A DNA stretch of 64,000 bases, taken from positions 18,042,867 through 18,106,866 of the forward strand of contig JARDVH010000110.1 in NCBI GenBank assembly GCA_030324005.1, given 5' to 3'. The position numbers were made by a program, and so were the translations under genes. This document shows, in pieces, positions 24,810 through 37,641 of the stretch. Numbering within the stretch: the stretch's first letter is position 1; each line of letters starts with the position of its first letter. Origin of the DNA: Negaprion brevirostris. Taxonomy: Eukaryota. The notes under the pieces are model-generated. The model was given only the letters and a program-made list of their open reading frames with translations, was not told where the DNA came from and made no database searches.

Positions 24810-26690
24810 CTTGTTTATGGGATGCGAGTGTTGCTGGTAAGGCCAGCATTTGTTGTCCATCTATAATTGCTTTCAACCAGGTGGTGGTGAGTCGTCTTGC
24901 TAAACCAACTCTAGTCCATCAGGCAAAGGTACAGCCGGCGTTGTTTTACGTGGAGCATTGACTTTGGAGGGGGTCATATATTTAAGGATGTGGATGTGGT
25001 ATCGATTAAGTGGGCTTGCTTTCTCCATGATTGTTTCTTGAGTATTGTTGGAGCTGCACTCCAGGCAAATAGGGATATTCCTTCGTACTTATGCCTTTCA
25101 ACGTGGACAGGTTTTGTGGAGTCAGGAAGTGAATTACTTGCCCAGAATTCCAAGCTTCTGATCTGTTATTGTAGCCACAGCTAGTGTTTGGCAGGTCCAG
25201 TTCAGTTTCTAGTCACTGGTGATCCCAGGATGTTGATGGTGGGCAATTTTTAAAAAATGAATTTACTGGATGTAAGCTCAGTTGGCTAGGCCAGCGTTTT
25301 TGCCCATCCCTAACTGCTCTCGAGAAGTGGGTGGGGAGCTGCCTCCTTGAAATGCTGCAGTCCATACAGTGCAGGTACACCCACAGTGCTCTTAGGGAGG
25401 GAATTCCAGGATTTTGACCCAGCGACAGTGATATATTTCCAAATCAGAACGGCGAGACACTTGAAGGGGAAATTCCAACTAGTGTTGTTCTCAGCTATTT
25501 GTTGCTCTTGCCCTTCTAGATATAGTGATTGTGGATTTGAAAGGTGCTGCCTTTAAGCTCCTGCAGTGTATCTTGTAGATGGTACACACATCTGCCATGG
25601 TTTGTCAGTGGTGGAGGGAGCGAATGTTTGTAGAATGGTTACACCAATCAAGTAGGTTCCTTTGTCCTGGATGGTGTTGAGCTTCTTGAGTGTTGTTGTA
25701 GCTCATCCATCCAGGCAAGGGGAGAATATTTCAGCACACTCTTGACTTGTGCCTTGTAGATGGCTATAGAGAATCAGGAAAGGAGTTACTCGCCATAGGA
25801 ATACTAGCTCTGACCAGCTGTTGTGAAAAATACTAAATATTGTGCAACAAGTGAACATCCCAACTTCTGACCTTACGATGAAGGGAAAGCCATTAATAAA
25901 GCAGCTGAAGATAGAACATAGAACACTACAGCACAAACAGGCCCTTCGGCCCACAAGTTGCGCCGATCACATCTATACCTACCANNNNNNNNNNNNNNNN
26001 NNNNNNNNNNNNNNNNNNNNNNNNNNNNNNNNNNNNNNNNNNNNNNNNNNNNNNNNNNNNNNNNNNNNNNNNNNNNNNNNNNNNNNNNNNNNNNNNNNNN
26101 NNNNNNNNNNNNNNNNNNNNNNNNNNNNNNNNNNNNNNNNNNNNNNNNNNNNNNNNNNNNNNNNNNNNNNNNNNNNNNNNNNNNNNNNNNNNNNNNNNNN
26201 NNNNNNNNNNNNNNNNNNNNNNNNNNNNNNNNNNNNNNNNNNNNNNNNNNNNNNNNNNNNNNNNNNNNNNNNNNNNNNNNNNNNNNNNNNNNNNNNNNNN
26301 NNNNNNNNNNNNNNNNNNNNNNNNNNNNNNNNNNNNNNNNNNNNNNNNNNNNNNNNNNNNNNNNNNNNNNNNNNNNNNNNNNNNNNNNNNNNNNNNNNNN
26401 NNNNNNNNNNNNNNNNNNNNNNNNNNNNNNNNNNNNNNNNNNNNNNNNNNNNNNNNNNNNNNNNNNNNNNNNNNNNNNNNNNNNNNNNNNNNNNNNNNNN
26501 NNNNNNNNNNNNNNNNNNNNNNNNNNNNNNNNNNNNNNNNNNNNNGGTGGAGGTGCATCATTCACTTGACACTTCTGGCTGAAGATGAAAGCATAAGCTT
26601 GCTGGGCACTATTCATAATTAGAGATGGGGACACTTCTGGAGCCTCCTCCTCTGATTAGTTGTTTAATTGGCCAGCATCATTCACTGTGT
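24810..26690 (-). mobile_element. Cluster of fragments of a second CR1/L2-superfamily LINE, with a younger CR1 tail at 25911-25984 and a large N gap
   Basis: Two copies of the end GGCCAGCATTT.TTG.CCATC.CTAA.TGC...GGTGG (~24840 and ~25290), then AGGGAGGGAATTCCAGGATTTTGACCCAGCGACAG; related pieces at 33825-33920 (+) and 55140-55740 (-). Confidence 0.65.
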
Positions 26691-29125
26691 TAGTGTTTGT
26701 TCTCCAGACCAAAGTAATATGGGCTGAATAGATTGCAGGTATGCTGGGAACTAAGGGATGAGTGCACAGAAAACTATTAGCATCATTCACATATTTCCAG
26801 AGAAGGTGGAGGAGAGGCCTCTATTGTTAGCTGTTGGATCCATTGCCAAGTCATCCCCGGTTCCAAACCGGATCTGGACTGAGTTGATGGATCTCAGACA
26901 GGACAGCAATCTACGTACTATAGTTGGCCTCAGAGCTCAGAGTTGGGCGTTCAGAGGAAACAGAAAGAAAACACCATTCAGGGTTTCCACTCCTGCTATA
27001 GTGATGCCTGCTGGAAAGCATGCAGTGCAGACCTCAGATAAAGACTGGAGTCAAACCCAGTCTTGTCCATTAAATTTTGAAACATCCTGGCGAAATGTGA
27101 CACCAGGAATCTACAATCCCAAAATTAAGGTGGCTGTCTTCTGGATTTGGGTCAGGTACAACAGAGTACCACAGATGCCTAGAGGAACCACCTCTCCTCC
27201 CTGACATCGTTAGATCTTCAAAAATATCTGGCTGTAGCTCCTTCAGTAAAAGGTAATGAACACTGCTGTTAAATGTTGCAATGATGTGATCAGCAACCGG
27301 TTTGGATTCTAGCGTCGCCACCAGTTATGTATGAAATGGCTATCACAGCATGGCAAGGATATTACCAATGGGGCACTGCATTGGCATTTTGAACTGCTTC
27401 ATCAAAGAGAATGCAGTGTCTGCCAATATGCTGTGGGCAGGCTTTATAGCTACACCCCAGAGTAATGCATTTTAAATAAATTGTTTTAGCTGCTGCCATG
27501 ATGGTTTGTCTTGTCTTGTGAAAGGAATCTCAGCCCATGTAATAGGCAGTGACGGCAGTCTCGTTTGGCTAAAGTGAGGGGGAAGAGAAATAAGAGGTAG
27601 GGTTCCCTCTCCAGTAGCAGTTGCATACACGGATATTGGATGAGAAGGGAATCGAGTTTGGCCAGAACTGCAGTTTAGGCTGGAGATTCCCCACACAGTA
27701 AGCTTCTGGTTTCAAAGGCACCACTGTGGGTTAACTGCCAAGTGGAGGCCAGATACTTCCTTACAGGACAAAAGGGGGAAAAAAAGTAATAAGACTGCAA
27801 ATTCTATTCAAAAATGCCTCTGTAAGACCCTTTCACTTACTGTATGGAAGCTGTGATAACCCTTTCTAAGTACCAGTCCATGCCTCACTTTACAAAGTAA
27901 ACTTAATCAAAACTCAGTCAAAAGTTCACAAACAAACTGGCTGAGAGTGGAGGTACAGAGGCAAAGATAGCAAATTTACAAAATGTGTTCCAGTAAACCA
28001 AAGAACACCTTTCTCTCAATGTGCCCTCAGCCCAGAGAGGAATGAGAGCAGATTTCGAATCAACAGTGATCAATTGCAATTTTAATCTTTCTCTGCCATC
28101 TGGGGCAGATCTGTTAAGGAGGTTGCGACCCATAACAATACACTACACACAAGAGTGGGGTAAGATTACATAATTGTTTGAGGGCATGGTTGTTGAGAAA
28201 GGGTCAGTTGCCAGATGTTCTGTCTACGAGNNNNTAATAATCCCTTTATTGTCCATGGAAACCGAGGGGAGCTGGTTGCAATAAGAACTCTTGGAAGTCC
28301 AGTTTTGGTCAACATGCAAACTTGTCAACGGCACTGGAGCCTTCACTGTCTGAATATCTCTCCCACATACACATGCATGATGAGTATCTTTAAAATGCAC
28401 AATGAACTACTGCCAAAACATCTTTCAACACATCAATGCTCAAGGCTATCACCCAAGGACACCGCCAGATCAGTGCAGCTGTCCCAGCTTAGAACAAAGC
28501 AACAGGGCCAGATGCACCAAAATCAGAAAGAACCGGAGAGAAAAATCACTATCTTATACTGTTGACTTCTATCCACAAGGGTGGGCAGATGCCAAGCTCA
28601 CCAATACTCAGTAGTACACTGCACTGATCTGTGGGGTGGTACAAAGAAATTAAGAACTCCTAGTTTCTGTTTTCCACCATGATGATGGAGCACTTTGCCT
28701 CTACTTGAAGCTGCCTCTGCCACAAGAATATCATTTTGGAGGACTACAGGTTGAATGTATATCCCTGCCAACATTCAACATCTTACAAGCTGTCCGTACA
28801 GTACATAAACACAACTTGTCTGCTGCTGAAACCCCATCCATGTCACTGTTAACGGAAACAACGATCCAAGTCTTCTCCTGACTATTAAACCACACACCGT
28901 AAACTTTAGCTCATTCAAACCACTCCCCCTAGATCTTAACCCTCACCATTTCTTTCGCGCCATTCTGGCTGTTATTGGCTCCAGCTTCCCAAAGCCTCAA
29001 ACTGAAGATTCTAATAGCAACCTGCTCCTCTTGCCTTCCATTTACAATAAAGAGTTTATCATCTCAGAGACAGAACATGTGGCCTTACCCCTCCCTATCT
29101 CTCTGTTCTTCTCAGGCACTAGCCT

Positions 29126-29206
29126 TTTGTGTATAGATCCCCTTTAACTGTTACCATTAGTGACTCTGCCTTTTGGTGTTTCAGGCCATTTATTCTGAAT
29201 ATCCCT
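29126..29206. repeat. 81 bp perfect direct repeat, copy 1 (within an L2-like relic)
   Basis: Identical to 30142-30222 by direct comparison. Confidence 0.95.
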
Positions 29207-30141
29207 CCCTGAAGCTTTCTCTAAACGTCCAGTCCAAGCTTTTGATCATTCCCTTCTGAAATGTCTTCTCTGCATTGACCTATTTCTCATTCTCTATAAA
29301 GGTGCTATATAAACGCAAGTTGTTTTTGGGTTGATCACAAACGACTGTAACATTTGCTATTGCACCCTGTTCAGCCCTCAATATAAAATATTACTCTACA
29401 GGCCGAACCAGGCTCAAATCTGCAAGTACATAATGTAACTTATTTCAACAAGATTAATATTTATACAAAAGCAAACAGCTTGGTCAGAAAGAATCTTTGC
29501 ACACCAACTTCATATTTGTTTTATATTCGTGGTGCTGTTATTTGTGGAAAAACAGAGAAGCCATTAGGTAGCAAACAGCGATTGAGCATGAACTGAACCG
29601 GGGACATCATAACACAAAATGGTCTGGATTGATAACTTAATCTTCACAAACCATGTTGATGCAACATGTCCTAGTTATATTTAGCCATCACACTGTCATA
29701 ATAAAGCAGCTTTCTTGATACTGCAAGGGTAGCTGAATTTTCTCAGCACGTCCAGACATGTGTAATACACTCAGCAGTGCAAGATACTATTTATTTAAGA
29801 GAATTCTTGCTCTGATTCCCCTGAATTCACTTTCCCACGGTGTTTCACCGCTGGGCATTTCTGAATCCTGTACTGCAGGAAGAACATACATAATGGTGAA
29901 AATCATTTAGAAGGGATCTTTTTCTGCTCCCCCACTCAAATTCATAAGTTTGTACATTGTTTTATATTGTCCTCATTATCACAGGTAAATATTGTATTTG
30001 TTTAGACATAGGTCTCTGAGCAGTACCTTAACTGAGCAGAAACCAGCGATGACCATAAGTGACTGCACACGTTACTTTCCAAAACCCATCAATTTTGAGT
30101 TAGAACAGTCACTAATGAGAAACAAATACTATAAAGATTTA

Positions 30142-30222
30142 TTTGTGTATAGATCCCCTTTAACTGTTACCATTAGTGACTCTGCCTTTTGGTGTTTCAG
30201 GCCATTTATTCTGAATATCCCT
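30142..30222. repeat. 81 bp perfect direct repeat, copy 2
   Basis: Identical to 29126-29206. Confidence 0.95.
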
Positions 30223-32635
30223 TTTTTAAAGCGTGAAACAACTTGGCACATCCTGTGCACTGCACAATGTAAAGCAGTTTGAACACTCCCTACAATTGCT
30301 AGTCAATGCAAAGAAATTTGATCAGAAAGAGGTAAAACAATGTGAAGAGGGGGTGGAAATCCAACTCCCAAGCATCCTCTCATGCAAATAAAAGGGTCCA
30401 TTAGGCAGTTGGGATTTGCAAAAAAGGTAAGAGACTGAAAGGTTATGTAATTTAACAGGAAACATTACACTGCAAATGCAGCCACAGTGTGACAATTCAC
30501 ACTTTAAGGGATCCCCTCTCTCATTTTGTGTGCTCAACTAGTCACCCACCTCTTCACACAATCATTTCAATAATGCATGAGAAACAAGTATTGTATCACA
30601 TTGCAATTTGGTTTAAAATATGTCGAGGATTTGTACATTTTCTCACTAGTTGGATGAGTCTCAATTCTCAAGTCAGAAAATTGCAGCTTCAAGCCCTAAG
30701 TTTCAAAAGCATCAACGAGCAGCTATCTCATGGCAGGGTCAAGGGAATACTGCTTCATTGGAGGTACGATCCTTAGGACGCGATGTTGAACTCCGGTCCC
30801 AGGTGTCAGTTCTAATAGTTCAGTGGTATGCGAGTCGATTCTCCGGCACGATTGGGGGTCTGCAGGGAGTTCGCCCAATCCTTAATCAATACCAACATTA
30901 CACATTATCTTCTAACTGTTGCTGGCACAATCTAGGTAAAATGAGCATAGCATTTGGTTTGGCTGTACAACGCTCAGCACACTTCAAAGTAGTGCAGTAA
31001 ATCAAATGCTTTGAGGGATTTCCAATACGATCAACGCAAGTTTTCCCTTTTTTTTCCCCCTTCAATACTTCTGACACAACAGAACCTGACCCACTGTGAA
31101 AGGGATAGGTCAAGGCCATCGCCATCAGGATCCAGTGCAAACTTCTGCAACTGCAGTGCTGACCGCATGCTATCTTCTAGTTGCTAGTTCAATCTCATGT
31201 ATAGGTATTGACTTCACGTTAACTGTGAGCAATCATCCATACAATTCTGAAGCAACATTTTAAGAAAGTCCAATTGTATTCGGCCCCTTGTCTGAACCTT
31301 CCCTGAGAGTTGGCTTGATTATTGATCTAGGCCCATGATGTTCACAATTTTCCTTTCAGTGAGATTGGCATGAGAAACAAGGAATTTTTTAAAAAACTAC
31401 TGAAAGCTCTGTTTCACCTAACTTTTTCCCTATTCAAAGTATAACATTTCCTCTAAAGCGGCATTCAAATAGATCTCGGCTGTTACGATAAAAGTTTCCT
31501 CCGCAACACCAAAAAGGGCAGGCGCACAGTAAAGTCTGATACAATACACAGCTTCTGAAGTCTGAGTTGGACCTATATCCATTAAAGAGATTATAAACCT
31601 ACTGGGGAAAAGGTGAGGATTAGTGAGGATACACTGCTTTGGGAAGCGTATGGCAGGGAGGGTAGGGGGAGAAACAGAGAGAGGGGTGGGGGTGGGGGAT
31701 GGAGAGAGAGACAAAAAAAGAGAGAACACGAGCAAGCGAAGAAACGAAAAAAAGTAAAGCAAGGAAATGTAAACAAGGTCTGGGTCCCAGTAGACATTTC
31801 AGGGTATGCATTCAACCTCGAATTGCAATGGAGCAGCACTCAACATGTTCTTAGCTGCAGTAACCAAACCCCAGTTGGGTCACAGACAGCAGCGATCACA
31901 CTGGTCACAAGCTTGGTGCTTGTGGCAAACTTGTGCAAAGCCTGTGTGGACCACAAGCTCATAGATCAGCCTTTGAATTGAGAGGTTCAACCACCACGCA
32001 TATTTATCTGTATCCCCCCCCATCACCATCCCGTCCTCAAATTCAGCCCCATACTAACTGCACACACAAATCATCAAAAGAAGCAGGCAGCAGGCAGTCA
32101 TGACCACAAACAGACAATAAACTGAACTGCTGCTGGAGATGACAGGTCTTCCTCTCACAGCAAGGGCTTGATTTAACACAGGTGTGACCATGCTTGTGCA
32201 TTACTAGACCTCTAAAAGCAAACTAGAACAAGTATTGAATGAAAATTAGAATACACATTCCACTTGCTTACACTTGATAAATGGCCACAGCCAACTGGAA
32301 ACAATGAGTTGACATCTGTTGTGATGGATCTCCGCTCACTTCACAGCCCTTTCAACATTTGGTTTTATGCTGGTCGAGCTTTACCTGCCACTAGGGTTTT
32401 TTCACATATTAATTCCCAATGGTGCCCAAACAACATGAAACGACAAATGCAAATCAGAGACGGGGTATGCAGGAATGCTTACAATTTTGTTGTTTATGGA
32501 AATGGATTACAGGGTCCCCTTCTTAAGATGTGCAACAGCATTTTGAACCATTCTCTGTTGCCAACTCCCTTCTCCTGCCTCCATTTCTGCTTAGTTGACC
32601 GTACTGATTGTGCCAAGGTGTTTCACCATTGCATC

Positions 32636-32924
32636 TTACAGTGCAGAAAGAGGGCATTTGGCTCATCGAGTTTGCATTGATCACAATTCCACCTGGTCCC
32701 TCACTCCATAACCCCATGCTAGTCTCCCTCATACTAAGGGGAATTTAGCATGGCCAATCTATCTAACTTGCACATCTTTGGACCATGGGAGGAAGCGCAC
32801 CTGGAGAAAACCCACACAGACATGGGGAGAATTTGCAAAATCCACACAAAGTGACCCAAGCTAGGAATCGAACCTGGATCCTTGGCATCATGAGGCAGCA
32901 GTGCTCACCACTGTGCTACCATGT
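32636..32924 (-). mobile_element. HE1 V-SINE
   Basis: Reverse complement of head, V-domain and tail. Confidence 0.85.
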
Positions 32925-33556
32925 GTTATTGGAACAAGTTTTCCATGTTTGTTTTGGAAAGGCAGGGGTGGGGGGTAAATGGAAGGGGTACCGAGCTGCA
33001 TCAGTAAATAGATTGCTCATGTAAGAGTTAGTAACACACCACCCAAATTACATTTTCATTAGAAAAGACACCCTTCAGCCCTCAACTCAAACTATGAAAG
33101 TTTACATTTTCCAGTAAGGAGTTATTACCCAACCTTGACATCCACTCTGCAGTCAAAGTTTTCACTGATTTGTATTTGTTGAGTTTCTGTCACACAATGA
33201 GGAATGCCAGTGATGAACTCCTAGATAAGGTACAGCAGTTGCTGCCACCACACTGGCCTTTCAAGCGTCAAGTGTTTCAGGTGGGCGCAGGGCTTGTTAG
33301 ATGCTGAGTGAAGTTTCTTCTACGATTCCCTGGCAATATACTTTAACCACTACCTCAAGAGCAACCCCCTTCTTCTCTAGGGTGACATCAGTTCTGCAGC
33401 TGCCATCCAAATGGATCAAATTTTGAGTAATTTAAGCTGTGAACTCACACCCATTAGGAACTGCATTAAAACTACCCAAACTCATTTTGAAATGTGAAAT
33501 CCAAGAACTCCCTTCCTACTAGCACTGTCTGAGCGCTTTCACCACATAAACTGCAA

Positions 33557-33818
33557 TGGCATGGTGGCACAGTGGTTAGCACTGCTGCCTCACAGCCCCA
33601 GGACCTGGGTTCGATTCCTGGCTTGGATTATTGTCTGTGCAGAGTTTGCACGTTCTCCCTATGTGCTCCAGTTTATCCCCACAGTCCGAAAGACATGCTA
33701 GTTGGGTGGATTGGTCATGTTAAATTCTCCCTCAGTGTACCTGAACAGGCACTAGGGGATTTTCACAGTAACTTCATTGCACCGTAAATGTAAGCTTACT
33801 TATGACACTAATAAATAA
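33557..33818 (+). mobile_element. HE1-like V-SINE with alternative tail
   Basis: Head GGTGGCACAGTGGTTAGCACTGCTGCCTCACAGC; tail ACTAGGGGATTTTCACAGTAACTTCATTGC...ACACTAATAAATAAA. Confidence 0.85.
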
Positions 33819-35639
33819 ACATTAAAAAGACTCAAGATGACTCACCCACATTCTCAAGGGCAACAAGGAATGGCAATAGATGTTGGCCTTGGCAGTAAAG
33901 ACCACATCCAGAAAATAAAAAAGGAATGCAAAAAGAATTAAAGAGACGTGAAAGAGGATGGGACTAGAATTGAAGGCAAACAGACAAGTGCAAGGGGAGA
34001 GAGGGAGAGAGTGAGAGTGTGAGAAGAACACAAAGATAATGAAAGGAAGGCCGTGAAAGGTGATCAGGATGAGGTTTTCTTGCACCTCTCTTCCTCCTCC
34101 CCAAGAGAGAAAGTACATGTCTGGGCAGAGGAGCAGCTGAACCCTTATTCACATAGTACAGTTCTTGTTAAACTAGATGTGTCTACTAAGGATTACCATA
34201 AAGTGCAGATTTAAAATGTGCCAATTAACAGATCTTTGTCTGACAGCCTATTCATTCTGTAATTCAACTTGTGCTGAAACAAGAGAAAAAGCACTGAACA
34301 AAACCTCCCCTCTGTAAATGTGCAGCTGCCTCCAGGTGAAGGCTGGCAGCAAGATGATGGCCTTTAATGTGGCAAGCGTTAATAACCAAATAATTGGGAA
34401 GCGCTTTATGCCTGGATTGGGATTTTGCATTTAAATGCTTGTGCTTGAAGCAGAAAAATTGAACAGGGGAGTTAACAGGAAGCTGTTTTAGCACTTTGGA
34501 ATTTCAGGCTCAGATCTGAATAGTTTACTTTGCCTGCTTTTAAAACTCAGCCCTCGATTCCTCCACCACCACTCCTCTCTCATTCTCAACTCTGTGATAG
34601 ATTTGTGTTTGTTACAAAAAACTTACTTGCATTCAAAGCTCATCAAAAACAAAAATAATAAACAGGCTTCAGCTCAGCATGGGCACAATCAGTTCATGCA
34701 GGAAACAAATTAAAAACATTTACACTTCTACTAAAAACTCAGCAAAACTTCCAGGACTGGAATGTTTCAGGAAAGTAGATTGAAATGAAACTGGAACAAA
34801 CACCCCAGCTGGTGTCACACACTACAAAAGGGGACTGGCTGACAATGATATTACTGTAGAGTGAGTGAGGAGCGTCCCTTGGCTTCAGTGACAATTTTTC
34901 CATCCCATCAGCCCTTCCTGCCAATTTAACAAGAAATATATGTCGGAACGTATTTTTGAAAGCTGGCAGGCAAGTCTGAAGCTTGTGCAGCAACTAGGGC
35001 ACATTAAAAGCACCTTCTGGAAGGCCAAGCTTGCTTGCAGTGGACACAAATCCAAACCACATCATACTAACACAGCTTGAAAGACACAGTGACTTATTTA
35101 AACCCAGCAGGAGTGTGGTCAGTATGGCTTGAAACCTCCTGACCCATGATCATGCGAATGACCCAAACAAAGTTAAGAAACTGCAAATCAGTTTCAAATC
35201 TGTAAAATCAAAACCTGAAATGTTGAATATTTTTATGGTGGAAATGTCTTTTGAAGGGAGGGGGGAAAAAAAAATAAATGGGACGGTTAGTCACTTGGAA
35301 CCAAACCACATCCCAATCGTGTACCAGATTCTATCAGATCCAGAAGCACCATCACAGTGATCCACAGCACACACATGACAAAAGCTGGTCAAAGACAATG
35401 TTATTTATGAGTTTAACTCTATAAGACTTGATCAACCAACTGGATTTGCACAAGTTTCAATAGATGCACAAAATTACACGCCTTAGTGGATATGCAAACA
35501 GTTAAGAATGAAATGAAATGAGATGAGATGGGATCATTGGCAATAAAAGCAATGCAGCAGAAAAACACGAAAAAAAAATAAGGTAATGGTTCAGTCATTA
35601 CTCACTGTGGCTGCAACGAGTTTTTTAATCTGCTAACTT

Positions 35640-35902
35640 TGTAGGTACCAGACATTGTGAATCACCTGTGAAGTTCCCAGTGACCATGTCTGCAGTAAGT
35701 GCTGGTTGCTGGAGGAGCTCCAGCTCAAAGTAGATGAGCTGGCCTCTGAGNNNNNNNNNNNNNNNNNNNNNNNNNNNNNNNNNNNNNNNNNNNNNNNNNN
35801 NNNNNNNNNNNNNNNNNNNNNNNNNNNNNNNNNNNNNNNNNNNNNNNNNNAGGCTCGAAAGGCTAGATGGCCTACTCCTGCTCCTATTTCTTATGTTATG
35901 TT
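35640..35902 (+). mobile_element. CR1 LINE: ORF1 fragment and 3' tail joined across an N gap
   Basis: VPSDHVCSKCWLLEELQLKVDEL (CR1 ORF1 zinc-finger/leucine zipper) before the gap; GGCCTACTCCTGCTCCTATTTCTTATGTTATG after it. Confidence 0.65.
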
Positions 35903-36549
35903 CTTGACCCCAAAACTCCAGACTTGATAGTGGACTAGCAGGGCAGCAGGTGGGTGGAGAAGATAGGGAAGCCTGTGCAGCTGCTGGACAAACCAGTAAT
36001 AATGCTGCACAAACCTCCCAAATACATTGAGGATATCTGTGACAAGTGCTTCTCGGGGCAGCATTCTTGTCACCTGGTACGAGGTGTTCTCCTGTGTGTG
36101 GGAATTAGGAATTATTAGCCTATAAAACTAGGCATTTTCTACAAAGCCCACATTGGGAACAGAAGCATTTTCAATGAACCACACAGACCACGGTACAGAA
36201 TATTCTCTGGCCTTCAAGTGCTCACCTGTCAACCCTTCGAACAGTTAATTATTAACAGCAATAGAACAGATCAATATTGAACACAAGACAGCAAAGCTAG
36301 GATTGAAATCAGCCAGTGGAACCCTATGGATACAGAGCAGTCACGGATCTAGTTCCTGTGCTAAGATCTCAGTTGAGGTGAGTAGAGGGGGGAGAGACTG
36401 GATTTAACATTACATCCACATATCAACTCCCTACACATTCAAAAACATTCCTGACATTCACTGTATACTTTGCACGTTAAGATCCACTTGAGGTGAGGTT
36501 AAAGGCAGCTATTAGTAACCCATACGAGGAGAATGAAAAGCTGGAATTC

Positions 36550-36712
36550 TGAAATAAAACAGAAAATGTTAGAAATACTTGGCAGGTCAGGCAGCATCAG
36601 TGAAGCGAGAGACACAGTTAACATTTCAGGTTGTTGACCGTTGGCTAGAGTTCTGAAGCAAGGGCATCAACCCAAAACGTTCACTATTTCTCTTTCCATT
36701 AGTTGCCCATGA
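36550..36712. mobile_element. Penelope-type short element, inverted (fold-back) arrangement
   Basis: AAAACAGAAAATG.TAGAAATACT.GGCAGGTCAGGCAGCATC, then the opposite orientation CTGAAGCAAGGG..ACCCAAAACGTT..TTTCTCTTTCCA. Confidence 0.55.
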
Positions 36713-37641
36713 TTGTTTTTCAGAAGAAAGCATCACCTTCGTAAAAGGGATAGAGGGAACAGAATCACGCCTCCACTTCTTTCTCAATGTAGGAAAACGT
36801 AGAAACACCTGACTTCTACTCAACCCAACACTGCATCAACATGGCCGCAATGGAAAACTGCTGAGGAAAATATGGGGATCAACCGACCGCCACTCAATCC
36901 AGCTAACTTTAGCAAGAATTCATTAACGGATAAAATGGAATAAATCTGCTGGGCTAAGTAATAGATTTTATTGTGGAAAAACAGATTTGATATGTTCCAA
37001 CAACACCAAGGGAGACAAAATAACCAAAGATGAATTACAACGTTCAAACAACATGATCAGAGGAACAGGATTTGGCGACATCCAAGTATTGAAAGTGCTT
37101 GGCAACCTTCTTATAGTAGAACAATGGGTGTGAGATGTTGGTCACAATGAAATGCATCATCTTACTACCTGCAAACAGCAGCAGAAAAATAGCATAGAAT
37201 CCCTGCATCCTCACAAAGCTGCCTGGCAAGGTCCTTTCCCAGACCACAATTCCTTTGAAGTGATTTCATCAGAAGAGATGACAGAGAAGCTTCCACATGG
37301 CTCCAAAGGGAGAATGAAGGGCGTTACATGTTCTGGTTGGCATCTAATCGAAACAGACAGTCTACTTTCTTTTTAAACAGCAAAAATGTTGCTAAACTAC
37401 ATCAGCCACTGTCTGCCTGATGCAAACTGAGCATTCCAAGCTGTTTCAATGTTTCAAACGACAATCATCTTGAAAAGGTTTTTGTATCAACAAATGTTGA
37501 GTGATGGGCACTGTGCGATTTTGTCAACTATTATCAGCAAGTAGTTCACCATGACCTGCAACTCCCATCCCTTTTTCTCTTCTGAATAAAAAGCTTGCAA
37601 AGCACTTTTATGGAGAGCACACTGATCTTATTAAATCCTAT

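Noticed and set aside
25842-26634. ORFs of 200-250 aa
   Set aside because: Composed almost entirely of Ns.
26758-27204. 148 aa ORF
   Set aside because: No recognisable domain or splice structure, and it appears to overlap decayed SINE-like sequence.
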